Positions 1-9,411 of a DNA stretch of 64,000 nucleotides are shown here, piece after piece. Source of the stretch: a virus; the IMG/VR virus record IMGVR_UViG_3300042317_001497, one strand, 5' to 3'. Numbering within the stretch: the first letter of the stretch is position 1; each line of letters begins with the position of its first letter. The translations under genes and the position numbers were made by a program. The notes below the pieces were generated by a model, which was given only the letters and a program-made list of their open reading frames with translations, was not told the DNA's origin and did not search any database.

Positions 1-141
1 AATCAGAAAGTAAATTATACCTTATCAGATTTGAAAAACAGTGATACTCTAAAGAAATTGATTAAAGAAGTAAAAGAGCATAAAGTTAAGGTTGACGAGC
101 AGTAAAATATGGAGATAAAGAATAATTTTTAAAGTGTGATC

Positions 142-170
142 TTGACAAAAGCCGATAAGTACGATATGCT
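142..170 (+). promoter_or_regulatory. sigma70-like promoter with GCCGATA spacer motif
   Basis: TTGACA 142-147, GCCGATA 151-157, TATGCT 165-170 (17-bp spacer), GGAGA RBS before ATG 192. Confidence 0.8.
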
Positions 171-191
171 TGTACTACAAGGAGAACACTT

Positions 192-410
192 ATGAAACTT
201 GAAAAGTATACTAATCTTGTTGCCGACTATATTAGTGATGAGTATGATGGATTTAGTAAAGATGGTTTGATGACAGATGATGAAAAGTACGCTATTAAAA
301 ATATGCTACAAGCCCATTATGAATCTAAAGACAGCATAAATAATGCGGCTAATTATATCATGAACTATATTAAGCTGAACCGTCTGTGGATGAAAGAAAA
401 CTGTGAATAG
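192..410 (+). CDS. hypothetical protein
   Basis: 72-aa ORF with RBS, directly downstream of a promoter. Confidence 0.75.
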   Translation: MKLEKYTNLVADYISDEYDGFSKDGLMTDDEKYAIKNMLQAHYESKDSINNAANYIMNYIKLNRLWMKENCE

Positions 411-804
411 TTTGACTGGTTTAAATGTTCAAGCCCCGTGGAGCAATCTTTTAATAAATGGTCTTAAAACCGTTGAAACACGAACGTATCAGCTTCCAGA
501 CAAATATCATGGAGAACCATTAGCACTCATAGAAACTCCCGGCAAGAAAGGGAAGTTTAAAAGTCGCATTATTGGAATTATTACTTTTAGTCATTCTTTC
601 ACCTATCCCAACAAACAATCATGGATTGATGATTATCAAAGACACAAAGTAGAAGAAGACGATAAAGACTATGGATGGAATGACAATAAACCTAAATATG
701 GGTGGGTAGTATCAGACGTTATTAAGTTCGATAATCCGGTTGATCCGCCGACTAAAAAAGGAATAGTTTTTACTAACAATTGTTTAACAATGGAGACTAA
801 ATGA
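403..804 (+). CDS. ASCH/PUA-like domain protein
   Basis: LNVQAPWSNLLINGLKTVETR matches the ASCH signature (..QPWA.LI..G.K..E.R). Confidence 0.8.
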   Translation: MNSLTGLNVQAPWSNLLINGLKTVETRTYQLPDKYHGEPLALIETPGKKGKFKSRIIGIITFSHSFTYPNKQSWIDDYQRHKVEEDDKDYGWNDNKPKYGWVVSDVIKFDNPVDPPTKKGIVFTNNCLTMETK

Positions 805-1076
805 TGAAGAAGTTGATCTTGGTTTTTATTCTGGCCCTGTCTGGAGTTGCAAGCCATAATTTTTATGGTGCTGATATTGTTAGTATTAGTGATAGTGATA
901 TTGATAAGATTCTAAAAGCTAAAGATATTGTTAGGGCCATGGTTAATTATCCTGACACTCTAGTTTTCCATGAATTTCACACTCTTGTAAAGGGAAATAC
1001 TGTTACTCTTAAATTTACCTGTAAAAATGCTTTTGGTGTTCCAGAAACACATACGCTGGATATTAAGGTTAATTAA
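801..1076 (+). CDS. hypothetical protein with N-terminal signal peptide
   Basis: MMKKLILVFILALSGVA hydrophobic N-terminus; stop/start overlap. Confidence 0.65.
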   Translation: MMKKLILVFILALSGVASHNFYGADIVSISDSDIDKILKAKDIVRAMVNYPDTLVFHEFHTLVKGNTVTLKFTCKNAFGVPETHTLDIKVN

Positions 1077-1083
1077 TATTCTA

Positions 1084-1554
1084 ATGCGTAAAATAATGAA
1101 TAGGTTGTTTTATACTTGGGATAACTTTGACCATGATATTTTATATATCATCAGACAGTTGTATGCGGATAAGTGGATTCCAGACTATGTAGTGGGGGTT
1201 AAAAGGGGAGGATTAATTCCAGCCGTTAAGATTAGTCATACTTTAAATAAACCTCTAATTATGATGAGTTGTCAGCTTAGAGATAGTAATGATAATGAAG
1301 TTAGACTTTATGAAGTAGAAGAACTCTCTAAAGATCGTAATATCCTTATTGTGGATGATATATGTGATAGCGGAGGAACATTATCAAAAATCATCATAGA
1401 ATTTATAGCAAAAGGATTTGATGTTAATCATATAAAAACTTGCTCATTAATATTTAATAAGTCTCAGAGTTTTAAGATTGATTATAGAGCAAGAACTATA
1501 GATAGAGATATAGAGGATGGGTGGATTATATTCCCGTGGGAAAAGGATAATTAG
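1084..1554 (+). CDS. type I phosphoribosyltransferase
   Basis: VVGVKRGGLIPA and PRPP-binding ILIVDDICDSGGT; start probably 1084 or 1096 rather than 1027. Confidence 0.9.
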   Translation: MRKIMNRLFYTWDNFDHDILYIIRQLYADKWIPDYVVGVKRGGLIPAVKISHTLNKPLIMMSCQLRDSNDNEVRLYEVEELSKDRNILIVDDICDSGGTLSKIIIEFIAKGFDVNHIKTCSLIFNKSQSFKIDYRARTIDRDIEDGWIIFPWEKDN

Positions 1555-1556
1555 TT

Positions 1557-1751
1557 ATGAGAATTGACTCTCTAGACCTAACTAACGATATTATAGAGAT
1601 ACTATACAATCCGTCCCTAAAATATCGTCCTTTCCTATTACGTTTAACTAATTTTAGCAATGAAAGATACGAACTAAGGTTGAACAGAGAGCAACTCAAT
1701 GACTTATACAATTTTTTAGGAGACTATGTAAAGGAACATTATAATGAGTGA
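1557..1751 (+). CDS. hypothetical protein
   Basis: 64-aa ORF in a tightly packed run. Confidence 0.6.
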   Translation: MRIDSLDLTNDIIEILYNPSLKYRPFLLRLTNFSNERYELRLNREQLNDLYNFLGDYVKEHYNE

Positions 1752-1959
1752 TAGATTTAAACTGGAAGAACAAATACTAAATACTTCAAATTTTTCTGAT
1801 CAAATTAGATTAATATCAAAGAATATCTCCGATTATCAACTAGACAATGATCAGATTGTTAATGTTCTTGAGGGTTTAGCAATTTTAGTAGAACTTCATA
1901 CTAATGATCTTTTTGTTACTTTTAAACAAGCTTTTAATCTAGATGAGTATAAATCATGA
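1744..1959 (+). CDS. hypothetical protein
   Basis: 71-aa ORF overlapping both neighbours by a few nt. Confidence 0.65.
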   Translation: MSDRFKLEEQILNTSNFSDQIRLISKNISDYQLDNDQIVNVLEGLAILVELHTNDLFVTFKQAFNLDEYKS

Positions 1960-2243
1960 CTAATGATTGGCTTATAACTCTTTGTCAGCATATTACAGAA
2001 TTTGAATTTTATGTGGTATGTATTTTACTACTATCCTCATTAATAATTATTATTATTAGTCCAATACTAATGCTGTATTATGGTTTGAGCGGATTAACTA
2101 TCAAAATTAAACAACACAAGAAAAAATCAGCACAAAAAAGAATGGAAAGTTCTTTAGAAAATGGGAATAGAGATGCTTATATTATGCAACTAGAGCAGAT
2201 GGTATACTCAAAACCACTCAAGAAAAAGAAAAAGCACAAATGA
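1956..2243 (+). CDS. hypothetical membrane protein
   Basis: long hydrophobic stretch (VVCILLLSSLIIIIISPILMLYYG) followed by a basic tail. Confidence 0.65.
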   Translation: MTNDWLITLCQHITEFEFYVVCILLLSSLIIIIISPILMLYYGLSGLTIKIKQHKKKSAQKRMESSLENGNRDAYIMQLEQMVYSKPLKKKKKHK

Positions 2244-2845
2244 TAAAGATTATTGGCGATGTCCACGGTAAATACCAAAACTATCTTAATATAGTAAAGA
2301 ACCATGAATATACAATACAGCTTGGTGACTATGGCTTTAAGTACGAGAGTCTTAAAGACGTTGATCATACTAAACATCTAATTATTGGAGGTAATCATGA
2401 TAACTATGATATTTGCTATAACTATCCTCATTTTCTCTCAGATTATGGTTATACGGTTAATTTTAACGGAATAGATTTCTTCTATTATAGAGGTGCTTAT
2501 AGTGTTGATCGTCAACATAGAACTATTGGTATTGATTGGTGGCAAAATGAGCAAGTAACTATTGAATCTTTTATTGAGGCTAGAGAACTTTATCGTTCAA
2601 TCAAACCCGATATATTTTTATCTCATGACTGTCCAGATTTTATGGTTCGTGATTATATCGGGCCATATGCTAGAGTATATGAGAATATTACTAATTGGGC
2701 TTTGGGAGAATTGTATAAGATTCATCAGCCTAAATTGTGGATTCATGCTCATTATCATCAGTCAAAAACTACAGTTTATGAAAATACTAAATTTATCTGT
2801 TTGGATGAGTTAGAAATTTACTCTTTGGTTAAAGATGAGTATTGA
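2240..2845 (+). CDS. calcineurin-like metallophosphoesterase
   Basis: GDVHG, LGD, GGNHD, SHD, HAHYH motifs. Confidence 0.9.
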   Translation: MIKIIGDVHGKYQNYLNIVKNHEYTIQLGDYGFKYESLKDVDHTKHLIIGGNHDNYDICYNYPHFLSDYGYTVNFNGIDFFYYRGAYSVDRQHRTIGIDWWQNEQVTIESFIEARELYRSIKPDIFLSHDCPDFMVRDYIGPYARVYENITNWALGELYKIHQPKLWIHAHYHQSKTTVYENTKFICLDELEIYSLVKDEY

Positions 2846-2869
2846 CAAGTGCCGATAGCATGATAGAAT
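2842..2869 (+). promoter_or_regulatory. sigma70-like promoter with GCCGATA spacer motif
   Basis: TTGACA 2842-2847, GCCGATA 2851-2857, TAGAAT 2864-2869; no ORF until about 3106. Confidence 0.75.
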
Positions 2870-2874
2870 AAAAA

Positions 2875-2937
2875 TGTTGATGCCGAAAGGTTATGGTCGC
2901 GGGTATCCATTTAATCAACAGCCGTAAAGTTTCGGCA
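2875..2937 (+). ncRNA. candidate structured small RNA or leader
   Basis: TGTTGAT/ATCAACA stem, GCC-GAAA-GGT hairpin, ATGG/CCAT stem, alternative TGCCGAAA/TTTCGGCA pairing; starts at the expected TSS of the 2842 promoter. Confidence 0.45.
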
Positions 2938-3105
2938 GGGTTTCTATAAGATTGAAACGCTGTTTTTATTTCCTTTAGATAAATTTTCTTTTGCCCATAA
3001 TGGTTGCAAATTTGTATAATGAAAACAAATTTTTTACCGAATTGTATATAAATATTTTAGAGATTTTTGCTTGAGCATATATTTAAGTATTACGGAGATA
3101 GAATA

Positions 3106-3369
3106 ATGAGTTGGGAATATAGAGTAGTAAAAAAAGTAAATAAAATACCGGTTTTCTTAAAAAAGAACAATCCCGATGTTGGTGACTTTGATATTTTGTA
3201 TGAAATTCATGATGTATATTATGATAAAAATTTGGATAAACCAAGCATAGGAAGAATATCACTTCCTTTATCTGATACTGTTGAAGATTTACAATGGCGT
3301 TTGGAAAAAATGATTGAGGCTTGTAAAAAGCCAGTTATAGACTATAATACTGGAGAAGAACTGAATTAA
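3106..3369 (+). CDS. hypothetical phage protein
   Basis: MSWEYRVVKK...HDVYYD; ATG at 3106 with a GGAGA RBS. Confidence 0.7.
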   Translation: MSWEYRVVKKVNKIPVFLKKNNPDVGDFDILYEIHDVYYDKNLDKPSIGRISLPLSDTVEDLQWRLEKMIEACKKPVIDYNTGEELN

Positions 3370-3374
3370 CAGTC

Positions 3375-3473
3375 ACATTTGAGTTGATCACCAAATGTAA
3401 CGTCCTGTTGCTCTAATACTTGTATAGTTGAGATTCCTCACAAAAAGTATTAACCAACGATAATGGGGGCGTT
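3375..3473 (+). other. intergenic paired hairpins (one short, one rod-like of about 75 nt)
   Basis: ACATTTG/CAAATGT; AACGTCC/GGGCGTT, GTTG/CAAC, TAATACTT/AAGTATTA, GAG/CTC nested stems. Confidence 0.55.
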
Positions 3474-3504
3474 TTCGATACAAAGGAAAAAATGTGGAAA
3501 ACTT

Positions 3505-3687
3505 ATGAGTAACCAAAACACAATAGAAAAAGAACTATATGCTAGTGATCTGTCGTTAAAACAATTGTTACGAGAAGCAGAAGATTTGTGTTATGAACAT
3601 CATGTAGAATATGATGAGCGAAAAATTTTTGTAACTACAGATTATGGAAGTCATGTAATAATATTCTATAGGGAAAAAGATGAATAA
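3505..3687 (+). CDS. hypothetical protein
   Basis: likely start MSNQ at 3505 within ORF 3463..3687. Confidence 0.6.
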   Translation: MSNQNTIEKELYASDLSLKQLLREAEDLCYEHHVEYDERKIFVTTDYGSHVIIFYREKDE

Positions 3688-3898
3688 AACTTGGCAACAA
3701 AAACAGAAAGAAAGTATACAATCCGGCTATAGTCGAGCTAAAGAATTAGCAAAAGAAATATGGCTAGAGGGAGATCACGAAGGAACAGCTAATGATTTTT
3801 ACTATTTTCAGTGTGGATTTGTGGCGGGCTTAAATTATCAGAGACTAAAAGCTTTAGATAAACTTAATGAACTTGATCAAGAGTTGGGATTAGAATAA
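3680..3898 (+). CDS. hypothetical protein
   Basis: 72 aa; ends in LNELDQELGL, a tail shared with ORF 4039 (ISDLDQELGS). Confidence 0.65.
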   Translation: MNKTWQQKQKESIQSGYSRAKELAKEIWLEGDHEGTANDFYYFQCGFVAGLNYQRLKALDKLNELDQELGLE

Positions 3899-3901
3899 AT
3901 A

Positions 3902-4042
3902 ATGACTAATACAAATTCTGAACATCAAGAAAATTTACCAGATAGTAAAATTCCTTGGTGGGATAATCACTATGAGGATGTTTATAGTGAAGACCCTGAA
4001 GATGGATACCCTTATGATATGGGAAGCAAGGTGCAGGAATGA
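3902..4042 (+). CDS. small acidic hypothetical protein (46 aa, not in track)
   Basis: ATG 3902 to TGA 4042, fills the gap and overlaps the next ATG. Confidence 0.55.
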   Translation: MTNTNSEHQENLPDSKIPWWDNHYEDVYSEDPEDGYPYDMGSKVQE

Positions 4043-4425
4043 CCAATAGAGAAAAACTACTACAAATCCGTAAACTGCTTAAAGAAGCATACGATCATTA
4101 TTTTCAGAATGATCCCGATCCATCATGTAAAAGTGCAGAAGGACAAATGAGTGTTTATTTCGGAAACTATTGGGAAGATGGTGATGATCTAGTAATTAGA
4201 GCTATTGAAATATATAGCTATGTATTTGGGCCTACTAGACTTCATACTTTCAAAAGTGTTGATGAAGCTTTAGAAACTGTTAAGGGTTGGCATAAAGAAC
4301 AAATGAACATTGACTATGAATTAGAAGCTATAAAAGAAAAACATTACTGGGATGATTACTATAAAAAGTATCCAGAAAAAAGGCTAGAAATATCAGACCT
4401 TGATCAAGAATTGGGATCAGTATGA
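4039..4425 (+). CDS. hypothetical protein
   Basis: 128-aa ORF, ATGA overlap. Confidence 0.7.
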   Translation: MTNREKLLQIRKLLKEAYDHYFQNDPDPSCKSAEGQMSVYFGNYWEDGDDLVIRAIEIYSYVFGPTRLHTFKSVDEALETVKGWHKEQMNIDYELEAIKEKHYWDDYYKKYPEKRLEISDLDQELGSV

Positions 4426-4742
4426 CCCAATATCCAGACCTAGAAAAAGATCTACTAAATAGCGATATTATAAGGAGTAAATGCAAGGATAGTATTTATA
4501 GTCAGAATTTATATGCTGCCCTCTGTAATAATAGATTCTTTTATGAAGAACAAGAGTGGACTTGTAGCTGGAGATATTCTGGGGGAATAGTAGCAGAATT
4601 AGTAGATAAGAATGGAAACTATTTAGATTACTATTGTAGTGGAATATATTCAGAAGAAAAGAATGGCTATGTTAGCGAGGGAGTAGTTACAGAAGTTATA
4701 AGAAATGATTTATTAAATTTAGGTTGGAGAGTTAAGCCTTGA
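4422..4742 (+). CDS. conserved-looking phage hypothetical protein
   Basis: YSQNLYAALCNN...WTCSWRYSGGIVA...YLDYYCSG. Confidence 0.75.
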   Translation: MTQYPDLEKDLLNSDIIRSKCKDSIYSQNLYAALCNNRFFYEEQEWTCSWRYSGGIVAELVDKNGNYLDYYCSGIYSEEKNGYVSEGVVTEVIRNDLLNLGWRVKP

Positions 4743-5293
4743 TATATTTTACATCTGATACTCATTTTGGACACTACAATATTATAAAGCATTGTAATCG
4801 TCCGTTTCTTAATGCTCATATTATGGATCAAATTATGTTTGATGCTATAAATGAACTTGTTGGACACGATGATACACTTTATATTCTTGGAGATTTTTGT
4901 TTTAGGGGCAAAAAACCTATAGATTATAGACTTCGTATAAACTGCCGCGATGTTCACCTTATATTTGGCAATCACGATAAAAGAACAGACTATTATCCAG
5001 ACGATAAGACTGTTGATATGAATGGGTTTACGTCTATTCAGGATGTTAAAGAAATAATATATTGTAATCAAAGAATATATCTAAGTCATTATCCTCATAG
5101 ATCGTGGCCCGCTAGTCATAAAGGGAGTTATATGCTGTATGGTCATGTTCATTCTAGATTAGATTATGAAGATAAAACGTCTAATAGATTAACTCTTGAT
5201 GTTGGAGTTGACAATACCACAAACTATGGTAAAATGTTTGGACAGCCGTGGAGTTTTAAAGAACTTCAAAAACTATTCAACAGCAAAACATGA
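4739..5293 (+). CDS. calcineurin-like metallophosphoesterase
   Basis: FTSDTHFGH, LGDF, GNHD, SHYP, YGHVH, DVGVD motifs; TTG start. Confidence 0.9.
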   Translation: MIYFTSDTHFGHYNIIKHCNRPFLNAHIMDQIMFDAINELVGHDDTLYILGDFCFRGKKPIDYRLRINCRDVHLIFGNHDKRTDYYPDDKTVDMNGFTSIQDVKEIIYCNQRIYLSHYPHRSWPASHKGSYMLYGHVHSRLDYEDKTSNRLTLDVGVDNTTNYGKMFGQPWSFKELQKLFNSKT

Positions 5294-5577
5294 AAACATA
5301 TAAAAAGAAAACGGTAAAAGCAGTAGATAAAATCCTGTGCGATGCTTGTGGAAAAGATTGCACAATTACCGAACCAGTAAGTGACCATGAATATGCTGAA
5401 TTAACTGCTACATGGGGATATTTTTCCCAACAAGATGGTATGCAGTACGATATTCATTTGTGTGAAACTTGTTTTAATGAAGTGCTAGGTTTTATTAAGG
5501 AAAAAAGAAGGAAGATTCTTGGCCCTTTTAACTACCCTTATGAAACAGATCCCCTAGAAGGGACTCAATATTTATGA
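5290..5577 (+). CDS. hypothetical zinc-binding protein
   Basis: CDAC and CETC pairs. Confidence 0.65.
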   Translation: MKTYKKKTVKAVDKILCDACGKDCTITEPVSDHEYAELTATWGYFSQQDGMQYDIHLCETCFNEVLGFIKEKRRKILGPFNYPYETDPLEGTQYL

Positions 5578-5804
5578 CATTTGAAGATTGGATGAATGAG
5601 ATAGATTATGTAAAAACAGGCCACAAAAGATCTGATACTATCTATAGCGAAACTGTTTCTTATGCTCCAGAATATGTAATGGATCATTGGATGCTTATAA
5701 AAAAATGGCTTAAAACAGCTTATATTTGTGGGAAAATAGATGGTAGCAAACATAATATGGACGTTATAGCAGAACTGCAAAACAGATTAAAAGGACATTT
5801 ATGA
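5574..5804 (+). CDS. hypothetical protein
   Basis: MTFEDW...IKKWLKTAY, similar to ORF 20735 (MTFDQW...IIKWLKAAY). Confidence 0.65.
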   Translation: MTFEDWMNEIDYVKTGHKRSDTIYSETVSYAPEYVMDHWMLIKKWLKTAYICGKIDGSKHNMDVIAELQNRLKGHL

Positions 5805-5850
5805 GTTTACTAGAAGGTTTTAGTAGTCTATTTAATTAGATATTTCCATC

Positions 5851-6072
5851 ATGAAAGTTACATTTGAATTAGTTTTGCCAGAAGATCAGCATGAATATGA
5901 TGTAATGAATCAAGCAAATAAAATGCAATCATGCTTGTGGGACTTTAGTCAACAACTAAGATCATGGCGTAAATATAACAATAATTTTACAAATGCTAGT
6001 GATGCTCTAGAAAAAATCACAACAGAGTTTCATAGATTGCTTAATAATCACGGAGTAAATATTGATCTATAA
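5851..6072 (+). CDS. hypothetical protein
   Basis: MKVTFELVLPEDQHEY, typical small phage ORF. Confidence 0.7.
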   Translation: MKVTFELVLPEDQHEYDVMNQANKMQSCLWDFSQQLRSWRKYNNNFTNASDALEKITTEFHRLLNNHGVNIDL

Positions 6073-6803
6073 TGTTCAAACTTAATAAAAGAAGTCGTTT
6101 CAATTATTGGAGTTGTTCCAAATTTGCCGACTGGATTAGAGGCATTGAAAAACCCTATGCTCTTGGATGGGATGAATGGGGAGTTTGGAGAAAAGAATCA
6201 AAACAAAAACACCCGTTTAGATACTGGGTTGCTGAAAAACTGTTAAATTTTTTGCAGGATATTGTGAATCTACCTATGGATATTTATCATACCATAGAAG
6301 TATACATTCGCAATCGTTATATAGATAAAATGCACTATCTTAGAACAGGACTAAAGCCGGGACAATATTACGATCTTGATTATAGAATACTTCACGGTCT
6401 TTTTAATGAGTTGACAATTTATGTGGAGAGTGAACTGGCTCATCTTAGTAAATGGAAATCTGAGAAGAAATATAAATTTATCGGCGGCAGATGTGCGGAG
6501 GCAGGATTGGATTACCTAAACTGGGCAGGTCAACTAAAGATGAACGAAGATTATGGAATTAATCCTGACCATAAAGACTATAACAAACCTACCGCCCAAG
6601 CAATATCATCTCAAAAAGTATTAGAGCTTTACAACTGGTGGAAGAATAGAGACTATAGAACTGATCCAGACTCTGTGTTTACCAAAGAAAAAGATGGTAA
6701 AAGCTACTATAAAAAAATAGCCAAGATCATGGATGATTACGATAAAGAAGATACAAAAATGTTGATTGAATTAATTAAAATTCGTGGGAGTTTATGGTCA
6801 TGA
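6072..6803 (+). CDS. conserved phage hypothetical protein
   Basis: 243 aa, Trp-rich, ends LIELIKIRGSLW. Confidence 0.75.
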   Translation: MFKLNKRSRFNYWSCSKFADWIRGIEKPYALGWDEWGVWRKESKQKHPFRYWVAEKLLNFLQDIVNLPMDIYHTIEVYIRNRYIDKMHYLRTGLKPGQYYDLDYRILHGLFNELTIYVESELAHLSKWKSEKKYKFIGGRCAEAGLDYLNWAGQLKMNEDYGINPDHKDYNKPTAQAISSQKVLELYNWWKNRDYRTDPDSVFTKEKDGKSYYKKIAKIMDDYDKEDTKMLIELIKIRGSLWS

Positions 6804-7159
6804 GATTAGATCAAGCAATGAAGCTTAATATTGGAGACAAGGTGGTAAATTGTTTTATAGATGAGCTTATTATATCAAAAATAGATAATAGCTACCCTGG
6901 AAGGAACGATCCAAAACCACCAGTTTTTATTGCATTAGATACTAGACTACAAAAACATTATTTATGGTTTGATGAAATTTATCATCCAGACCTAGCTGAT
7001 ATTTGCGATGAAGAAAAAAGTTTCATTCTGTGGGCTAAAGATAATAGAGAATTTGTCGGAGAAAATTTTAGATTACTAAAGACAGTTTATATGCAGGGTT
7101 TTGCTATGGGATTTGAATCTAAAAAGAAAATGACCCATGAAGAGACTATGCAAAAATGA
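6794..7159 (+). CDS. hypothetical protein
   Basis: 121-aa ORF in the operon. Confidence 0.65.
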   Translation: MVMRLDQAMKLNIGDKVVNCFIDELIISKIDNSYPGRNDPKPPVFIALDTRLQKHYLWFDEIYHPDLADICDEEKSFILWAKDNREFVGENFRLLKTVYMQGFAMGFESKKKMTHEETMQK

Positions 7160-7410
7160 ATGAGCAAGATTATAAACTATTAATAAATATCTGTTATCAT
7201 TGTTTACGATCAAATAATCTTACAATACAACAAGTATCAGACATAGATCAAATTATAAGTAAATTACATGAGACTGTTTCTCAGATAAAAACAAAGGAAA
7301 ATATATGCTTTGGAAAGAAATCAAAAGCTGGTGCAAAACTAATGGATATAAAGCTGACAGATCCAAAACAGATAAAGAAAACTCATACATCTATAATTGG
7401 TCAAAAATAG
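7156..7410 (+). CDS. hypothetical protein
   Basis: 84 aa, ATGA coupling upstream but 106-nt overlap with the next ORF. Confidence 0.45.
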   Translation: MNEQDYKLLINICYHCLRSNNLTIQQVSDIDQIISKLHETVSQIKTKENICFGKKSKAGAKLMDIKLTDPKQIKKTHTSIIGQK

Positions 7411-7577
7411 ATGACGAATCAATAAACGGAACAACAACGAGTGTTAGTAAATTAGCGTTTGCTATATATAATCATATGACAAATAACGAACATATAACAT
7501 ATCAGTCAGGATATAAAATGCAACAGCTAGAAAAGGATATATCTCATGAAACAGAAGGATGGGGCAAATCGTTCTAA
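7305..7577 (+). CDS. hypothetical protein
   Basis: MLWKEIKSWCKTNGY; GGA RBS. Confidence 0.65.
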   Translation: MLWKEIKSWCKTNGYKADRSKTDKENSYIYNWSKIDDESINGTTTSVSKLAFAIYNHMTNNEHITYQSGYKMQQLEKDISHETEGWGKSF

Positions 7578-7719
7578 AATTCAATGTGTTACTATAACCC
7601 TGACCGGACTTGTTGCATCGGCTATTAATGGTATTATAGCTTATGTAGCTGTTTATTTTTTTAAGCCATTGTGGGAAAAAATAGTTAAGCTTTTTCTAGA
7701 TAAGAATAATGTACGTTAA
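7546..7719 (+). CDS. small membrane protein (57 aa, not in track)
   Basis: ATG 7546 to TAA 7719; hydrophobic LTGLVASAINGIIAYVAVYFF. Confidence 0.5.
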   Translation: MKQKDGANRSKIQCVTITLTGLVASAINGIIAYVAVYFFKPLWEKIVKLFLDKNNVR

Positions 7720-7945
7720 ATTTATATCTAAAGATAACGAATGGTTTGATAGTGGCACAGAGGTTTTTGATGCTACTGTTTGTGATTGGGGAAGAACCCT
7801 GAAAAGAATGACCAAAGAAAATTACGAAAATGTTTGGATTAAAGCGGGCCATATACTAGGACGAGGATTAAGAAATGGTTTTTGGGATGAGGAACTTTGT
7901 CCATTAGAAGAATTTGAAATACTATATACAGAGGATCAAATATGA
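7709..7945 (+). CDS. hypothetical protein
   Basis: MYVKFISKDNEWFDSGTE. Confidence 0.65.
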   Translation: MYVKFISKDNEWFDSGTEVFDATVCDWGRTLKRMTKENYENVWIKAGHILGRGLRNGFWDEELCPLEEFEILYTEDQI

Positions 7946-8574
7946 ATGTAAAACTAATCAGTGTAACTCCAGATGCAGAAAAATTAATAGCCTATTGTGC
8001 CAAGGTAAGCAACCCTAAAGGACAAGATAGCGACAACTATGCTAAATTACTAAAGTATTGCATAGAGCATCACCATTGGAGCATATTTGAAATGGCATTT
8101 CTAACTCTTGAGATTAACACTACAAGAGGAATTGCTGCTCAAATTCTACGACATAGATCGTTCACTTTTCAAGAATTCTCACAGAGATATGCTGATGCTT
8201 CATTGCTATCAGAAGAAATTCCAGTATTTGAATTACGTCGCCAAGATACTAAGAATAGACAAAATAGTATAGATGATATAGCCGATGAAACAAGAGTTAA
8301 ATGGAATACTAAAATTCGTGAGCATTTTGCTAAAAGCAAAGCTCTTTATGATGGTATGATAGCTGATGGAATAGCTAAAGAATGTGCTAGATTCATACTA
8401 CCATTAGCAACCCCAACCAAACTTTATATGAGTGGCAGCATACGGTCATGGACCCACTATATTAATCTAAGGTCTGCTCATGGAACTCAAAAAGAACATA
8501 TGGATATTGCTAATGAAGCTAAAGAAATTTTTAAAACTCAATTCCCTATTATATCGGAGGCTTTAGAATGGTAG
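7942..8574 (+). CDS. thyX: flavin-dependent thymidylate synthase ThyX
   Basis: HWSIFE, LRHRSFTFQEFSQRYA (RHRX7S signature), ARFILP. Confidence 0.97.
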   Translation: MNVKLISVTPDAEKLIAYCAKVSNPKGQDSDNYAKLLKYCIEHHHWSIFEMAFLTLEINTTRGIAAQILRHRSFTFQEFSQRYADASLLSEEIPVFELRRQDTKNRQNSIDDIADETRVKWNTKIREHFAKSKALYDGMIADGIAKECARFILPLATPTKLYMSGSIRSWTHYINLRSAHGTQKEHMDIANEAKEIFKTQFPIISEALEW

Positions 8575-8765
8575 AAAAAGAATTCATTGTAACTGGACAA
8601 CTTAAAGAGACAAATGGAACAGACAAACAGATGTTAATTTTACATCGTTCTTTTTTTACTTCATCCAAAGAAGAAGCTATCAAAAACTTTCATACTTATT
8701 TTGAACCGGAACTAAAAGTAATTAAGATTTTTTCTGTGGTAGACGATAAAGGAATTTTAGTATAA
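8568..8765 (+). CDS. hypothetical protein
   Basis: 65-aa ORF coupled to thyX. Confidence 0.6.
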   Translation: MVEKEFIVTGQLKETNGTDKQMLILHRSFFTSSKEEAIKNFHTYFEPELKVIKIFSVVDDKGILV

Positions 8766-9397
8766 TGGATACCAAATTAGACTTCACTCTAAAAGTAGTA
8801 AAAGAATTACTATCTCATCAGTTTTCTGTCAAGCTATTAAATGTGGACAACATTGATGGTTATGGTGGATGGTTTGGAACAGATGAAGGTGAAGAAGAAT
8901 TTGTGGTCGCTATGAAACATCATATGGGTTTTGAAATTTTGATTCATGAGTATTGTCATTTTTTACAGTGGAAACATGATCGTAAATTATGGGATAAGAG
9001 TATATTGACCTATGATATTCTATTTGATTGGATTAGTTTCCCGTCACTAAAATACTCAGAAGATATTAAAGATTGTGAATATACAAATGAACAATTAGAT
9101 CAGAGTTTACATGATATTCTAGAAATAGAACATGATTGTGAAAAAAGAGTTCTAAAATTAGTAGCAAATAATCCTATAGAAAATTTTGATACCGACAAAT
9201 ATATCCGGGCAGTTAATGCTTATTTATGGAGTTATCATCTAAATAGAGAATTAAGGAAAAGGCCGGTTAGACCAATATATTCAGAAAGAGTTTTAACTGG
9301 TATGCCAAATACTTTTAATAAATCTTTAGAGTATTATCTTGATTCCTCTAATTTAACCAACGATATGCGTTTAGCATTGTTGCAAGAATACGCATAA
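8765..9397 (+). CDS. HExxH (zincin-like) domain protein
   Basis: LIHEYCHFLQW followed by EHDCE. Confidence 0.6.
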   Translation: MDTKLDFTLKVVKELLSHQFSVKLLNVDNIDGYGGWFGTDEGEEEFVVAMKHHMGFEILIHEYCHFLQWKHDRKLWDKSILTYDILFDWISFPSLKYSEDIKDCEYTNEQLDQSLHDILEIEHDCEKRVLKLVANNPIENFDTDKYIRAVNAYLWSYHLNRELRKRPVRPIYSERVLTGMPNTFNKSLEYYLDSSNLTNDMRLALLQEYA

Positions 9398-9411
9398 AAA
9401 TTCAAGAACTG

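Noticed and set aside
2875-2937. Assignment of the structured RNA to hammerhead, HDV-like/theta or a known riboswitch
   Set aside because: The required catalytic or ligand-binding consensus nucleotides could not be placed; kept only as an unclassified candidate
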